DNA of 64,000 nucleotides from an uncultured Bacteroidota bacterium (GTDB taxonomy: Bacteria > Bacteroidota > Bacteroidia > Flavobacteriales > Flavobacteriaceae), in the NCBI GenBank assembly GCA_902511755.1, contig CABXGL010000002.1, forward strand, positions 1,973-65,972, written 5' to 3'. The notes under the pieces are model-generated. The model was not told the origin of the DNA, made no database searches, and saw nothing but the letters and a program-made list of their open reading frames with translations. The stretch's first letter is position 1, and each line of letters begins with the position of its first letter. The translations under genes were made by a program, and so were the position numbers. Below are positions 9,590 to 19,570 of this stretch, one piece after another.

Positions 9590-10144
9590 ATGAAATCAAC
9601 TCGAGCAGCTATTAGATATGCCAAGGCCCTCCTTTTGGAGTCCGTTGAAAAAAACAGCGTGGAAGAAACTTATAATGACATGATATTGGTTAAAAAAACT
9701 TTTGCTGATAATATTGAGCTTAGGCACATGGCAGATAGTTTAGTAATAAAAAACAGCATAAAAAGAAGCACCCTAAATTTAATTTTTAAAGATGCTGGAA
9801 ACTTATGCTTAAGCTTAATCAATGTCTTATTTGAAAATAACAGAATGAATCTAATAGACATAATAGCAGAAAAATACTTGAGACTTTATAAAGACTTTAA
9901 AGGTATACAATCTGCAACAGTAACTTCTGCAGTCCCGATTAATGAAGAAATAGAAAGGGAAATTTTAGAGACAATATCTAAACTAACAAACAAAAAAACA
10001 ACTCTAATAAAGAATGTTGACAAAAGCTTAATAGGAGGATTTGTTTTAAGGCTAGGAGACATTCAATACAACGCAAGCTTTAAAAACAAATTAAAGAACA
10101 TTAAGCAAGAGTTCAATAATAACACAAACTTATCAATTATATAA
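9590..10144 (+). CDS. atpH: F0F1 ATP synthase subunit delta
   Basis: 184 aa. The N-terminus RYAKALL, the C-terminal LIGGFVLRLGD segment and the operon position all fit. Confidence 0.9.
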   Translation: MKSTRAAIRYAKALLLESVEKNSVEETYNDMILVKKTFADNIELRHMADSLVIKNSIKRSTLNLIFKDAGNLCLSLINVLFENNRMNLIDIIAEKYLRLYKDFKGIQSATVTSAVPINEEIEREILETISKLTNKKTTLIKNVDKSLIGGFVLRLGDIQYNASFKNKLKNIKQEFNNNTNLSII

Positions 10145-10147
10145 ATT

Positions 10148-11722
10148 ATGGCAGAAATTAAACCTGCTGAAGTTTCAGCAATTTTAAAACAACAATTAAC
10201 TGGATTAGACGCTTCGGCTTCTTTAGACGAAGTAGGAACAGTTTTACAAGTTGGAGATGGAATAGCACGAGTGTATGGTCTTTCCAATGTACAATATGGT
10301 GAACTAATAGAGTTTGATTCAGGGCTTGAAGGGATCGTTTTAAACCTTGAAGAGGACAATGTTGGAGTGGTGTTATTGGGCCCTTCAAAACAAATAAAAG
10401 AGGGAGATACGGTAAAGAGAACACAAAGAATAGCCTCGATTAATGTAGGCGAAAAAATTGTTGGGAGAGTCGTTGATGCTCTAGGAAAACCTATTGATGG
10501 AAAAGGAAACATTGGAGGAGATCTTTTTGAAATGCCATTAGAAAGAAAAGCCCCAGGAGTTATTTTTAGACAACCAGTTAATGAGCCATTACAAACGGGA
10601 ATAAAATCTATTGACGCAATGATCCCAATTGGTAGAGGCCAAAGAGAATTAGTAATTGGAGATCGTCAAACAGGAAAGACGACAGTTTGCATTGATACAA
10701 TATTAAATCAAAAAGAATTTTATGACGCTGGAGAGCCTGTATATTGTATATATGTTGCAATAGGCCAAAAAGCTTCTACTGTAGCGGGAATTGCAAAAAC
10801 CTTAGAAGATAAAGGAGCAATGGCATATACAACTATAGTTGCTGCAAATGCCTCTGACCCAGCGCCAATGCAAGTTTATGCGCCGTTTGCTGGAGCTGCA
10901 ATAGGAGAGTTCTTTAGGGACACTGGGAGACCGGCTCTTATCATATACGATGACCTTTCTAAGCAAGCAGTTGCTTATCGTGAAGTTTCGTTATTATTAA
11001 GAAGACCTCCAGGAAGAGAAGCATATCCGGGGGATGTTTTTTATTTGCACTCTAGGCTATTAGAAAGAGCATCAAAAGTAATAGCAGATAATGAAATAGC
11101 CAAAGGAATGAATGATCTCCCCGCACCACTTAAGCCTTTAGTTAAAGGAGGAGGGTCTTTAACTGCACTTCCAATCATTGAAACGCAAGCAGGAGATGTT
11201 TCAGCATACATTCCTACAAATGTAATTTCAATTACAGATGGCCAAATTTTCTTGGAATCCAATCTGTTTAACTCTGGGGTTAGACCGGCTATTAACGTTG
11301 GGATATCGGTATCTAGAGTGGGGGGCTCAGCACAGATAAAATCTATGAAAAAAGTTGCGGGAACCTTAAAGTTAGATCAAGCTCAATATAGAGAACTAGA
11401 AGCTTTTGCAAAGTTTGGATCAGACTTGGATGATGCTACATTAAATGTGATTGAAAAAGGCAAAAGAAACGTGGAAATATTGAAACAGGCTCAAAATGAT
11501 CCTTTTACTGTTGAAGATCAAGTTGCGATAATATTTGCAGGCTCAAAAAATCTACTTAAAAACGTGCCTGTTAATAAAATAAAGGAGTTTGAAAGAAAGT
11601 ATATAGATTTTCTAAATTTAAAACATAAAAAAGTAATGGGAACAATTAAGGCAGGAAAATTAACCGATGATGTTGTCTCAATCTTAACCAAAACAGCTGA
11701 AGAATTAAGCTCAACGTATTAA
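10148..11722 (+). CDS. atpA: F0F1 ATP synthase subunit alpha
   Basis: 524 aa with Walker A GDRQTGKT. Similarity to alpha subunits extends over the full length. Confidence 0.98.
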   Translation: MAEIKPAEVSAILKQQLTGLDASASLDEVGTVLQVGDGIARVYGLSNVQYGELIEFDSGLEGIVLNLEEDNVGVVLLGPSKQIKEGDTVKRTQRIASINVGEKIVGRVVDALGKPIDGKGNIGGDLFEMPLERKAPGVIFRQPVNEPLQTGIKSIDAMIPIGRGQRELVIGDRQTGKTTVCIDTILNQKEFYDAGEPVYCIYVAIGQKASTVAGIAKTLEDKGAMAYTTIVAANASDPAPMQVYAPFAGAAIGEFFRDTGRPALIIYDDLSKQAVAYREVSLLLRRPPGREAYPGDVFYLHSRLLERASKVIADNEIAKGMNDLPAPLKPLVKGGGSLTALPIIETQAGDVSAYIPTNVISITDGQIFLESNLFNSGVRPAINVGISVSRVGGSAQIKSMKKVAGTLKLDQAQYRELEAFAKFGSDLDDATLNVIEKGKRNVEILKQAQNDPFTVEDQVAIIFAGSKNLLKNVPVNKIKEFERKYIDFLNLKHKKVMGTIKAGKLTDDVVSILTKTAEELSSTY

Positions 11723-11730
11723 TAAAATAA

Positions 11731-12585
11731 ATGGCTAATTTAAAAGAAATTAGGAACAGGATATCTTCAGTATCTTCTACAATGCAGATAACTAGCGCTA
11801 TGAAAATGGTGTCTGCTTCAAAGCTGAAAAAGGCGCAAGATGCCATAACTGCAATGAGACCATATTCTAATAAGCTTTCAGAATTAATGAGAGGATTTAG
11901 CAGTTCTGCTGAAGATAAAACCTTTAGCAAAAAAAGAGAAATCAACAATATCTTGGTCATTGCAATTAGCTCAAATAGAGGTTTGTGTGGAGCTTTCAAT
12001 GCCAACGTTTTAAAAGAAATCAACAGCTTAAAACGAAAAGAGGAATTCAAGAGCTCTAAGATTCATTTTTTAACTATTGGCAAGAAGGTCAATGATGCAC
12101 TTTCAAAGGAAGAAAAGATAATTCAAAACGAAAGCAGTCTATTTGACAACCTAAACTACGATGAAGTTTCCTTAGTTGTAGAGAAATTAATGGATCTTTT
12201 TGCAAATCAAGAATATGATCATATTGAAATAGTTTATAATAGTTTTAAAAATGCAGCTACTCAAATTATTAAATCAGAACAATTTTTACCCATCTCAACA
12301 GAAGAAGTAAAAAGCATTTCCGCTTTGAATTATATTTTTGAGCCTTCACAAGAAGAAATAATAAGAACATTAATTCCAAAATCTTTAAAAATGCAATTGT
12401 TTAAAGCAGTTAGAGACTCTTTTGCTAGCGAACACGGCGCTAGAATGACTGCGATGCATAAAGCTACAGACAATGCTTCTGAGCTTCGAGATGAATTAAA
12501 GCTTACTTATAACAAAGCTAGACAAGCTTCAATTACTAATGAAATTTTAGAAATAGTTGGAGGAGCAGAAGCACTTAATGGCTAG
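11731..12585 (+). CDS. atpG: F0F1 ATP synthase subunit gamma
   Basis: 284 aa. The N-terminus is MANLKEIRNRISSVSSTMQITSAMKMVSASKL and the C-terminus is RQASITNEILEIVGGAEAL. Confidence 0.97.
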   Translation: MANLKEIRNRISSVSSTMQITSAMKMVSASKLKKAQDAITAMRPYSNKLSELMRGFSSSAEDKTFSKKREINNILVIAISSNRGLCGAFNANVLKEINSLKRKEEFKSSKIHFLTIGKKVNDALSKEEKIIQNESSLFDNLNYDEVSLVVEKLMDLFANQEYDHIEIVYNSFKNAATQIIKSEQFLPISTEEVKSISALNYIFEPSQEEIIRTLIPKSLKMQLFKAVRDSFASEHGARMTAMHKATDNASELRDELKLTYNKARQASITNEILEIVGGAEALNG

Positions 12586-12632
12586 AATAGTTTTATTTTA
12601 ATTAGTTAATTTTAGTAAAACAAAAAGTTATT

Positions 12633-13067
12633 ATGATTATTAAAGTAATCAATAAGTCATCAAATCCTTTGCCTGCTTATGAATCTCCTCTTTCTGCGGG
12701 AATGGATATTAGGGCATTTTTAAACAACAAAATAATTTTAAAGCCCCTAGCAAGAAAATTAATTAATACAGGACTATATGTCCAATTGGCAAAAAATTAT
12801 GAAGCACAGGTTAGGCCGAGAAGTGGACTTGCATTAAAAAAGGGAATAACGGTTTTAAATTCTCCAGGCACAATAGACGCTGATTATCGGGGAGAAATAG
12901 GAGTAATCTTAATTAACTTATCAAATGAGAATTTTGAAATAAAATCTGGAGACAGAATAGCGCAATTAATTATTTCTAAACATGAAACAATACAATGGGA
13001 AATAGCAGACTCACTAAGTGATTCAAACAGAGGAAAGAAAGGTTTTGGAAGTACAGGAATCAAATAA
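12633..13067 (+). CDS. dut: dUTP diphosphatase
   Basis: 144 aa with the motifs [29 protein letters not shown] and GFGSTG. Confidence 0.96.
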   Translation: MIIKVINKSSNPLPAYESPLSAGMDIRAFLNNKIILKPLARKLINTGLYVQLAKNYEAQVRPRSGLALKKGITVLNSPGTIDADYRGEIGVILINLSNENFEIKSGDRIAQLIISKHETIQWEIADSLSDSNRGKKGFGSTGIK

Positions 13068-13073
13068 ATATAA

Positions 13074-13829
13074 ATGAAGAAAACACTTTTTTTATTTTCT
13101 CTATTAATAATTGGGTGTAATGCTTTTAAAAAAGTAGAATACAAGACAGACTTCAAAAAAATTCCCACCAAAAGATTAATTGATGAAATTGAAAAAAGAA
13201 AGCCAAATTTTAATTTTATTATTTATAGAGCTCAAGCTACAGTCTTAGAAAAGAACTCTACAAATCAATTTAATATTTTAATTAGAATAGAGAAAAATGA
13301 AAAAATATTAATTACAGGCTCTATATTAATTCCATTATTTAAAGGACTGTTAACAAAAGAAAAAATAGCTTTTTACGAAAAACTAAGCAGATCTTATTAT
13401 AAAGACAGATACGATTCTCTTTCAAGCAAACTGGATCATGAAGTAAATTTAAAGACATTTCAGAATTTGCTTGTAGGGCTTCCTGTAATTAATTTAAAAG
13501 AGAAAAAATGGAAACAAGCAACGAATAATCAAGCTTATAGCCTACAATCATTATCGAAACAAGAACCCCTTAGAATAAGATATGATTTTAGCCCAATTAG
13601 CTTAAGATTAATTAGCCAGGAGATTGCCTTTAACAACAATACATTAAAGGTTAATTATGGAAAATATAATATTGCTAATGGGCAATTGTTCCCGGAAGAA
13701 ATAAAAATATTTTTAGATACAGAAAACAAGAAGGCAGAAGTTGTCCTTAGCATAAAAACAAATAAATTAGGAGGGCCTATCTCCTCCCCCTTTAAAATTC
13801 CTAAAGGATATAAGCAAATTAAATTATGA
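13074..13829 (+). CDS. DUF4292-like lipoprotein (possibly LolB-like; tentative)
   Basis: 251 aa with a lipoprotein signal LLIIGC. Size and position (just upstream of an EnvC-like gene) fit the flavobacterial DUF4292 context as I remember it. The family call is from memory. Confidence 0.5.
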   Translation: MKKTLFLFSLLIIGCNAFKKVEYKTDFKKIPTKRLIDEIEKRKPNFNFIIYRAQATVLEKNSTNQFNILIRIEKNEKILITGSILIPLFKGLLTKEKIAFYEKLSRSYYKDRYDSLSSKLDHEVNLKTFQNLLVGLPVINLKEKKWKQATNNQAYSLQSLSKQEPLRIRYDFSPISLRLISQEIAFNNNTLKVNYGKYNIANGQLFPEEIKIFLDTENKKAEVVLSIKTNKLGGPISSPFKIPKGYKQIKL

Positions 13830-15046
13830 TTTTCAAAACCAGCGTTAAAGATCTTGCTCTGTATGTTTTTTTAGGATTATTTATAAATCATGGATTTTCA
13901 CAGACTAATAATAGAGAAAAGTTAGAAATAAAGAGATTAGAACTTCAAAAAGAAATCAAAAAAATAAATGAATTATTGTTTAGCAATAAAAGAAAAAAGG
14001 CCGCAGTTTATTCAGATATTGAGAGCTTAAGCTTGAAGATTCAAAGAAAAGAAGAATTAGTTAAGCTTACCAATCAACAGATTAATCTTTTAAATAATAT
14101 TATAGAAAAAAATCAAAATGAGAAAGACTTATTAGAGTCTAATTTGTTAGAGGTGAAAAAGAGCTATCAAGAGATGATTTTGAAATCTTATAAAACAAAA
14201 TCAGGCAAAAGTAGATTAATGTTTTTATTGTCTTCAGAAAGTTTTTTCCAAGCTTATAAACGGGTTCAATATATTAAGCAATTTGCTGTTTTTAGAAAAA
14301 ATCAAGCGAACAAAATTTTATTTTTAATTAATGAAATAGGAGATATAAATAAAGAATTAAATTTTCAAAAAACAAAAAAAGAGGAGTTATTAAAAGACAA
14401 TAGGGCTATTCAAAAATCATTAGAATCAGAGAAGAAAGAGTCTAACACACTGGCATATGAATTAAGGAAACAGGAAAAAAAATATCTTAATGAAATTGAT
14501 AAAAAACAGAGACTAAGCCTACAGATAGATAAGGAAATAGAAAGGCTTATTAGGGAAGCAATTGCTAAATCTAATAAGGAAAAAAGTAAATCAGAGGGCT
14601 TTAACTTGACGCCTGAAGCAAAAGAATTGTCAAAAAACTTTGTTTTAAATAAGGGTAAATTACCCTGGCCAGTTATAAGAGGAGTTGTTATTCAAAAATT
14701 TGGCACCCAGCCACACCCAGTAGTAAAAACAGCCAAGATTAAAAGTAATGGAATAATTATTGCTACAACAAAGGATGAAAAAGTAAAAACAGTATTTGAA
14801 GGAGTGGTATTGTCCGTACTACAATTTAAAGGGAGCAACCCTACAGTTTTGGTTCAACACGGGAACTATATAACAGCCTATAAAAACCTTTCTAAAGTAT
14901 ATGTAAAAAAAGGAGACAAGGTTGCGTCTAATCAAAATCTTGGAGAAGTTTTTACAAATAATTTAACAGGAAAATCTACAATTCAGTTTAGTGTTTTTAA
15001 TAACACAACCCCTGTAAACCCTTTGTTTTGGATTATTAAAATGTAG
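13826..15046 (+). CDS. EnvC-like murein hydrolase activator (coiled coil plus degenerate LytM/M23 domain)
   Basis: 406 aa with a signal peptide and about 230 aa of coiled coil. The C-terminal LytM-like fold (HGNYITAYKNL...GDKV...LGEV) lacks the HxxxD and HxH metal ligands. It overlaps the upstream gene by 4 nt (ATGA). Confidence 0.75.
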   Translation: MIFKTSVKDLALYVFLGLFINHGFSQTNNREKLEIKRLELQKEIKKINELLFSNKRKKAAVYSDIESLSLKIQRKEELVKLTNQQINLLNNIIEKNQNEKDLLESNLLEVKKSYQEMILKSYKTKSGKSRLMFLLSSESFFQAYKRVQYIKQFAVFRKNQANKILFLINEIGDINKELNFQKTKKEELLKDNRAIQKSLESEKKESNTLAYELRKQEKKYLNEIDKKQRLSLQIDKEIERLIREAIAKSNKEKSKSEGFNLTPEAKELSKNFVLNKGKLPWPVIRGVVIQKFGTQPHPVVKTAKIKSNGIIIATTKDEKVKTVFEGVVLSVLQFKGSNPTVLVQHGNYITAYKNLSKVYVKKGDKVASNQNLGEVFTNNLTGKSTIQFSVFNNTTPVNPLFWIIKM

Positions 15047-15048
15047 AT

Positions 15049-15636
15049 TCAATTATGTTTAGACAGCATCTTTTCCAAATATTTTCCAAGAATATCAAAC
15101 TCTAAATTAACGATATCCCCAATCTTTAAAACATTAAAGTTAGTGTTCTTATAAGTATAGGGAATTACAGCAACACTAAAACTATTTTTGTTTGATCCCA
15201 CCACTGTTAAACTAATCCCGTTTATTGCTATTGACCCTTTTTCTACTGTAATATTATTTGATTTACAATACTTTATGGTATAAAACCAACTCCCCTCTTT
15301 TTCTACAACACCTATACACTCCCCCACTTGATCAACATGTCCCTGTATCATATGGCCATCTAATCTATCACCAATTTTCATTGCCCTTTCTAGATTTATT
15401 TCATCTCCAACTTTCCAACTACCTATACTGCTTTTTGAAATAGTTTCTTCAATAGCGGTTACAACATACTCGTTATTATTGATATCCACAACCGTTAAGC
15501 AAATTCCATTATGCGAAATGCTTTGATCAATTTTAAATTCATTTGTTAAATCACTTTTTAAGGTAATATTCAGGTTACTTTTTTCTTTTTCTAAATTAGA
15601 TATAACAGCTATTGTTTCTATAATTCCAGTAAACAT
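15049..15636 (-). CDS. ribE: Riboflavin synthase
   Basis: 195 aa. The N-terminus is MFTGIIE, and there are two lumazine-binding repeats (SHNGICLTV and AINGISLTV). Confidence 0.95.
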   Translation of the reverse strand: MFTGIIETIAVISNLEKEKSNLNITLKSDLTNEFKIDQSISHNGICLTVVDINNNEYVVTAIEETISKSSIGSWKVGDEINLERAMKIGDRLDGHMIQGHVDQVGECIGVVEKEGSWFYTIKYCKSNNITVEKGSIAINGISLTVVGSNKNSFSVAVIPYTYKNTNFNVLKIGDIVNLEFDILGKYLEKMLSKHN

Positions 15637-15697
15637 ATTCTTTATTTTATATATATATTTAGTCTTGTAAAACTAGTGATAAATACTATAAATATTT

Positions 15698-16753
15698 ATG
15701 AAAGAAAAATTGTTGCCTATTGTTGGATTTTCATGTGGGGACCCAAATGGTATAGGTATAGAAATAATTTTAAAATCTCTTCATGACAAGCGTATTCTTG
15801 AATTTTTTGTTCCAGTTATTTTTGCAAATTATCAATTGCTTTCTGAGCAAGCAGCATTTTTTAATATGAACTTAAAATTTAATAAAATTAAATATGGATT
15901 GCCTCCAAAGAAAGGGCAAATAAATGTGGTAAATGCCTGGGATAATGAATTTTTAACAGAATTTGGAAAACCTACAAAAGCATCGGGAGAGATCGCATTT
16001 AAATCATTAGAATTAGTGACCAAATCTATTCTGGAAAATAATGTTGAAGTAATGGTAACAGCGCCAATTAATAAACAAAACATACAAAATGAAAAATTTA
16101 ATTTTCCGGGGCATACTGATTACTTGTCAGAAAAATTTAATGGCGAAAGCCTTATGTTTATGATTAGTGAGAGGTTAAAAATTGGTCTTTTGACAGATCA
16201 TGTGTCCATTAATGAGATCGTTTCTGAAATTGACAACAAAAAAATTAAAGAAAAGATTTCTGTGATGGAGAAATCTTTAGAAATGGACTTTGGAATTATA
16301 AAGCCTAAAATAGCGGTTCTTTCTATTAATCCCCATGTTGGAGATGGAGGGGTTATTGGAGACGAGGATGAAGAGATATTAATTCCAGCGTTAATCGAAA
16401 TTTCAAAATCAGGGAGCTTAGTTTCAGGGCCGTTTTCAAGCGATAGTTTTTTTGGATCAAGACTTTATAAGAATTATGATTCAGTTTTGGCCATTTACCA
16501 TGATCAAGGCTTAATCCCCTTCAAAACACTCGCTTTTGGGGAGGGGGTTAATTATACTGCGGGACTTAATAAAGTAAGAACTTCACCTGATCATGGAACC
16601 GCCTTTGATATTGCCGGAAAGAACGTTGCTGATCCAACATCTTTTAAAAAAGCAATATTTTCTGCAATAGATATTTATAAAAAGAGAATCTCTTATAAAA
16701 AAAGAATAGAAACCCCTTTTTTAGAGACAAGAAAGAAAGGAGAGAATAAATAA
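15698..16753 (+). CDS. pdxA: 4-hydroxythreonine-4-phosphate dehydrogenase
   Basis: 351 aa with GDPNGIGIEI, FPGHTDYL, AIYHDQGLIPFK and RTSPDHGTAFDIAG. Confidence 0.95.
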   Translation: MKEKLLPIVGFSCGDPNGIGIEIILKSLHDKRILEFFVPVIFANYQLLSEQAAFFNMNLKFNKIKYGLPPKKGQINVVNAWDNEFLTEFGKPTKASGEIAFKSLELVTKSILENNVEVMVTAPINKQNIQNEKFNFPGHTDYLSEKFNGESLMFMISERLKIGLLTDHVSINEIVSEIDNKKIKEKISVMEKSLEMDFGIIKPKIAVLSINPHVGDGGVIGDEDEEILIPALIEISKSGSLVSGPFSSDSFFGSRLYKNYDSVLAIYHDQGLIPFKTLAFGEGVNYTAGLNKVRTSPDHGTAFDIAGKNVADPTSFKKAIFSAIDIYKKRISYKKRIETPFLETRKKGENK

Positions 16754-16803
16754 CGCTTCTCTTCTTAAAATTAATTATATTCGCGAACCTAAATAAAGAT
16801 AAA

Positions 16804-17328
16804 ATGCAATCATTAGCTCAATATGTAATTAATTTCGGAGGGTTAAATGAAGGAAGTCATGAATTCGAATTTAAATTGGAAAAGAAGTTTTTTGAGCATT
16901 TCGATTATGATGAATTTAATAGATGCAAGATTGTGGTCAAGGTAAAATTAATTAAGAAATCTAATTTATTAGAATTACGCTTTTATTGTAACGGGACAAT
17001 TAATTTAAATTGTCATGTTTCTAATGAACCATTTGACTACCCTCACAACTCAAACATGAACTTAGCCGTTAAGTTTGGTCCCGGGTTTAATAATGACAAT
17101 GAACAGCTTTTAGTTTTGCCTAAAGGATCCTATCAATTAAACATTTCTCAGCAATTATATGAAATGATAGTGTTATCTTTGCCAATAAAAATAATTCATC
17201 CTGGTATTGTTGATGGGACATTAAAATCAGACATCTTAAATAGATTAGAATTATATGAATCAAATTTTAATGAAAATACAAGTACAAATACCGACCCTAG
17301 GTGGGATAAATTAAAAGAGTTAAAATAA
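16804..17328 (+). CDS. YceD/DUF177 family protein
   Basis: 174 aa lying directly upstream of rpmF, which is the conserved yceD-rpmF arrangement. The C-terminus contains [10 protein letters not shown]. Confidence 0.8.
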   Translation: MQSLAQYVINFGGLNEGSHEFEFKLEKKFFEHFDYDEFNRCKIVVKVKLIKKSNLLELRFYCNGTINLNCHVSNEPFDYPHNSNMNLAVKFGPGFNNDNEQLLVLPKGSYQLNISQQLYEMIVLSLPIKIIHPGIVDGTLKSDILNRLELYESNFNENTSTNTDPRWDKLKELK

Positions 17329-17335
17329 GATAGTT

Positions 17336-17527
17336 ATGGCACATCCTAAAAGAAAAATTTCCAAAACAAGAAGAGATAAAAGAAGAACACATTATAAAGT
17401 TTCAGACTCTCAAATAGCAGTTTGTAAAACAACCGGAGAATCCCACTTGTATCATAGAGCCCATTGGCATGAAGGCAAACTGTATTATAGAGGAAAGGTT
17501 TTAATAGACAATACTGAGGAGTCTTAG
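17336..17527 (+). CDS. rpmF: 50S ribosomal protein L32
   Basis: 63 aa beginning [19 protein letters not shown]. Confidence 0.95.
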   Translation: MAHPKRKISKTRRDKRRTHYKVSDSQIAVCKTTGESHLYHRAHWHEGKLYYRGKVLIDNTEES

Positions 17528-17544
17528 AAATCCCCTTAAAAATA

Positions 17545-17612
17545 TTTTTTTGCCATTTTTTTACGATTTTTAATCGTTTTTTGTCATTTTTTGCCATTTT
17601 TTTACGATTTTT
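17545..17612. promoter_or_regulatory. Seven helically phased T-tracts (predicted intrinsically curved DNA) containing a 26-bp perfect direct repeat
   Basis: T5-T7 runs start at 17545, 17556, 17567, 17577, 17587, 17597 and 17608, giving spacings of 11, 11, 10, 10, 10 and 11. The string ttttttgccatttttttacgattttt occurs at 17546-17571 and again at 17587-17612. Confidence 0.8.
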
Positions 17613-17734
17613 GATTAAAATTCAATAAAATTGATTTAGTAGAACTAGTGCTTCAATCACTGCTTTTGTAGAAGGTTTTACACGGGGAGTATCATTTTAA
17701 AATGGGAATATAAAAGTTAATAAAAACAATTATT

Positions 17735-18202
17735 ATGAACATAAAAGACATACAGCAATTAATAAAATTTGTAGCCAAGTCTGGAGTTAGTGAAGTAAAA
17801 ATAGAATCAAACGACCTTAAAATAGGAATAAAAACAGGTTCAGGAAAAAAACCAGTTTCTTATATCGAGCCTCCAGTAATAGTTCCAGAAACAATCACCC
17901 CTCAAACTGAGACAAGGAAGTCAGATCAGATTATAGAAAACAAAAAAGAGGAAGAAAGTAATTTAATAACTATTACATCCCCTATTATAGGAACATTTTA
18001 CAGAAAACCATCTCCAGATAAATCAAATTTTGTTAAAACTGGCGATGTAATTTCTCAGGGAGATGTTCTGTGTGTTATTGAGGCAATGAAATTGTTTAAT
18101 GAAATCGAAACAGAATTTTCTGGAAAAATTGTCAAAATTTTGGTTGATGACGCCTCTCCAGTTGAGTTTGATCAGCCACTTTTCTTAATAGATCCATCGT
18201 AA
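17735..18202 (+). CDS. accB: Acetyl-CoA carboxylase biotin carboxyl carrier protein
   Basis: 155 aa. The biotinyl-lysine motif is [14 protein letters not shown] Pro-rich linker precedes the lipoyl-like domain. Confidence 0.93.
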   Translation: MNIKDIQQLIKFVAKSGVSEVKIESNDLKIGIKTGSGKKPVSYIEPPVIVPETITPQTETRKSDQIIENKKEEESNLITITSPIIGTFYRKPSPDKSNFVKTGDVISQGDVLCVIEAMKLFNEIETEFSGKIVKILVDDASPVEFDQPLFLIDPS

Positions 18203-18230
18203 CGACAATATTGTAATTAAAAAAACAAAA

Positions 18231-19568
18231 ATGTTCAAAAAAATTTTAATTGCTAATAGAGGAGAAATAGCTTTGAGAATAATTAGAACCTGTAAAGAAA
18301 TGGGAATAAAAACGGTTGCTGTTTATTCTGTGGCAGATGAAGAAAGTTTACATGTTAGATTTGCTGATGAGGCAGTTTGTATTGGCCCTCCAAATAGCGC
18401 AGAGTCTTATTTAAAAATAGCAAATATTATAGCTGCAGCTGAAATAACTAATGCAGATGCAATTCATCCTGGATATGGGTTTTTATCTGAAAATTCTCGT
18501 TTTTCCAAAATTTGTGAGGAACATAAAATTAAATTTATCGGCGCTTCTGCTGAAATGATTGATAAAATGGGAGACAAAGCTTCTGCTATATCCACCATGA
18601 AGGAAGCTGGCGTTCCAACTATTCCAGGATCTGAGGGATTAATCGAAACTTTTGATGAGGCTAAAAAAATAGCTAAAAAAATAGGCTATCCTATAATGAT
18701 TAAAGCTACAGCAGGTGGCGGAGGTAAAGGCATGAGGGCAGTATGGAAAGAAAAAGAGTTTTTAGCCTTATGGGAAAGCGCTAAACAAGAAGCAAAAGCT
18801 TCTTTTGGAAATGATAGCATGTATATGGAGAAATTAGTGGAGAATCCTCGCCATATAGAGATTCAGATTGTAGGAGATAAATATGGGAAGGCATGTCACT
18901 TGTCTGAAAGAGATTGCTCAATTCAAAGAAGGCATCAAAAACTTACAGAAGAAACGCCTTCTCCATTTATGACTGACAAACTAAGGCAGGAGATGGGACA
19001 AGCAGCAGTGCAAGCAGCAGAATTTATTCAATACGAAGGAGCAGGCACAATAGAATTCTTAGTGGACAAGAATAGAAATTTTTATTTTATGGAAATGAAT
19101 ACAAGAATTCAGGTTGAACATCCTATAACTGAGCAGGTAATCGATTATGATTTAATTAAGGAACAAATTAAGGTAGCGGCTGGAATTAAGATTTCAGGAA
19201 ATAATTATTTTCCAAAACTTCATTCCATAGAATGTAGAATTAACGCTGAGGATCCTCATGCGGGATTTAGACCATCCCCAGGCAAGATTACAAATCTTCA
19301 TTTACCAGGAGGACATGGAATTAGATTAGATACTCATTTATACAGCGGATATGTTATTCCTCCAAATTATGATTCTATGATTGCGAAATTAATTGTTACA
19401 GCGCAAAATCGAGAAGAAGCAATTCAAAAAATGAAAAGAGCTTTAGATGAATTTGTGATAGAGGGGATAAAAACTACAATTCCTTTTCATAGACAATTAA
19501 TGGATCATCCAGACTATATTGCGGGGAATTATACAACAAAATTTATGGAAGAATTTGAAATAAACTAG
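18231..19568 (+). CDS. accC: Acetyl-CoA carboxylase biotin carboxylase subunit
   Basis: 445 aa with [28 protein letters not shown] and [14 protein letters not shown]. Confidence 0.97.
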   Translation: MFKKILIANRGEIALRIIRTCKEMGIKTVAVYSVADEESLHVRFADEAVCIGPPNSAESYLKIANIIAAAEITNADAIHPGYGFLSENSRFSKICEEHKIKFIGASAEMIDKMGDKASAISTMKEAGVPTIPGSEGLIETFDEAKKIAKKIGYPIMIKATAGGGGKGMRAVWKEKEFLALWESAKQEAKASFGNDSMYMEKLVENPRHIEIQIVGDKYGKACHLSERDCSIQRRHQKLTEETPSPFMTDKLRQEMGQAAVQAAEFIQYEGAGTIEFLVDKNRNFYFMEMNTRIQVEHPITEQVIDYDLIKEQIKVAAGIKISGNNYFPKLHSIECRINAEDPHAGFRPSPGKITNLHLPGGHGIRLDTHLYSGYVIPPNYDSMIAKLIVTAQNREEAIQKMKRALDEFVIEGIKTTIPFHRQLMDHPDYIAGNYTTKFMEEFEIN

Positions 19569-19570
19569 AA

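Noticed and set aside
10063-12050. Long antisense ORFs within the atp operon: 10063..10512, 10158..10424, 11041..11262 and 11646..12050, all on the minus strand
   Set aside because: They lie entirely opposite strongly conserved atpH, atpA and atpG coding sequence. Their composition is low-complexity (S/P/L/F-rich) and no motifs are recognisable. This is typical of shadow ORFs.
17346-17597. An 83-aa minus-strand ORF covering rpmF and the T-tract array (MAKNDKKRLKIVKKWQKN...)
   Set aside because: It runs antisense to the conserved L32 gene, and its N-terminus is just the translation of phased A-tracts. There is no independent support.
17546-17612. The 41-bp-spaced direct repeat, considered as a possible mini CRISPR array or MITE
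   Set aside because: Only two copies are present. The repeat is A/T-tract DNA with no palindromic core. There are no spacers of unique sequence, no cas genes, and no terminal inverted repeats or target-site duplication.
17528-17734. A possible fabH pseudogene remnant or deletion scar between rpmF and accB
   Set aside because: 207 bp is far too short. I see no frame with FabH-like residues, and stops are frequent in all frames. The absence of fabH is noted only as a synteny observation.
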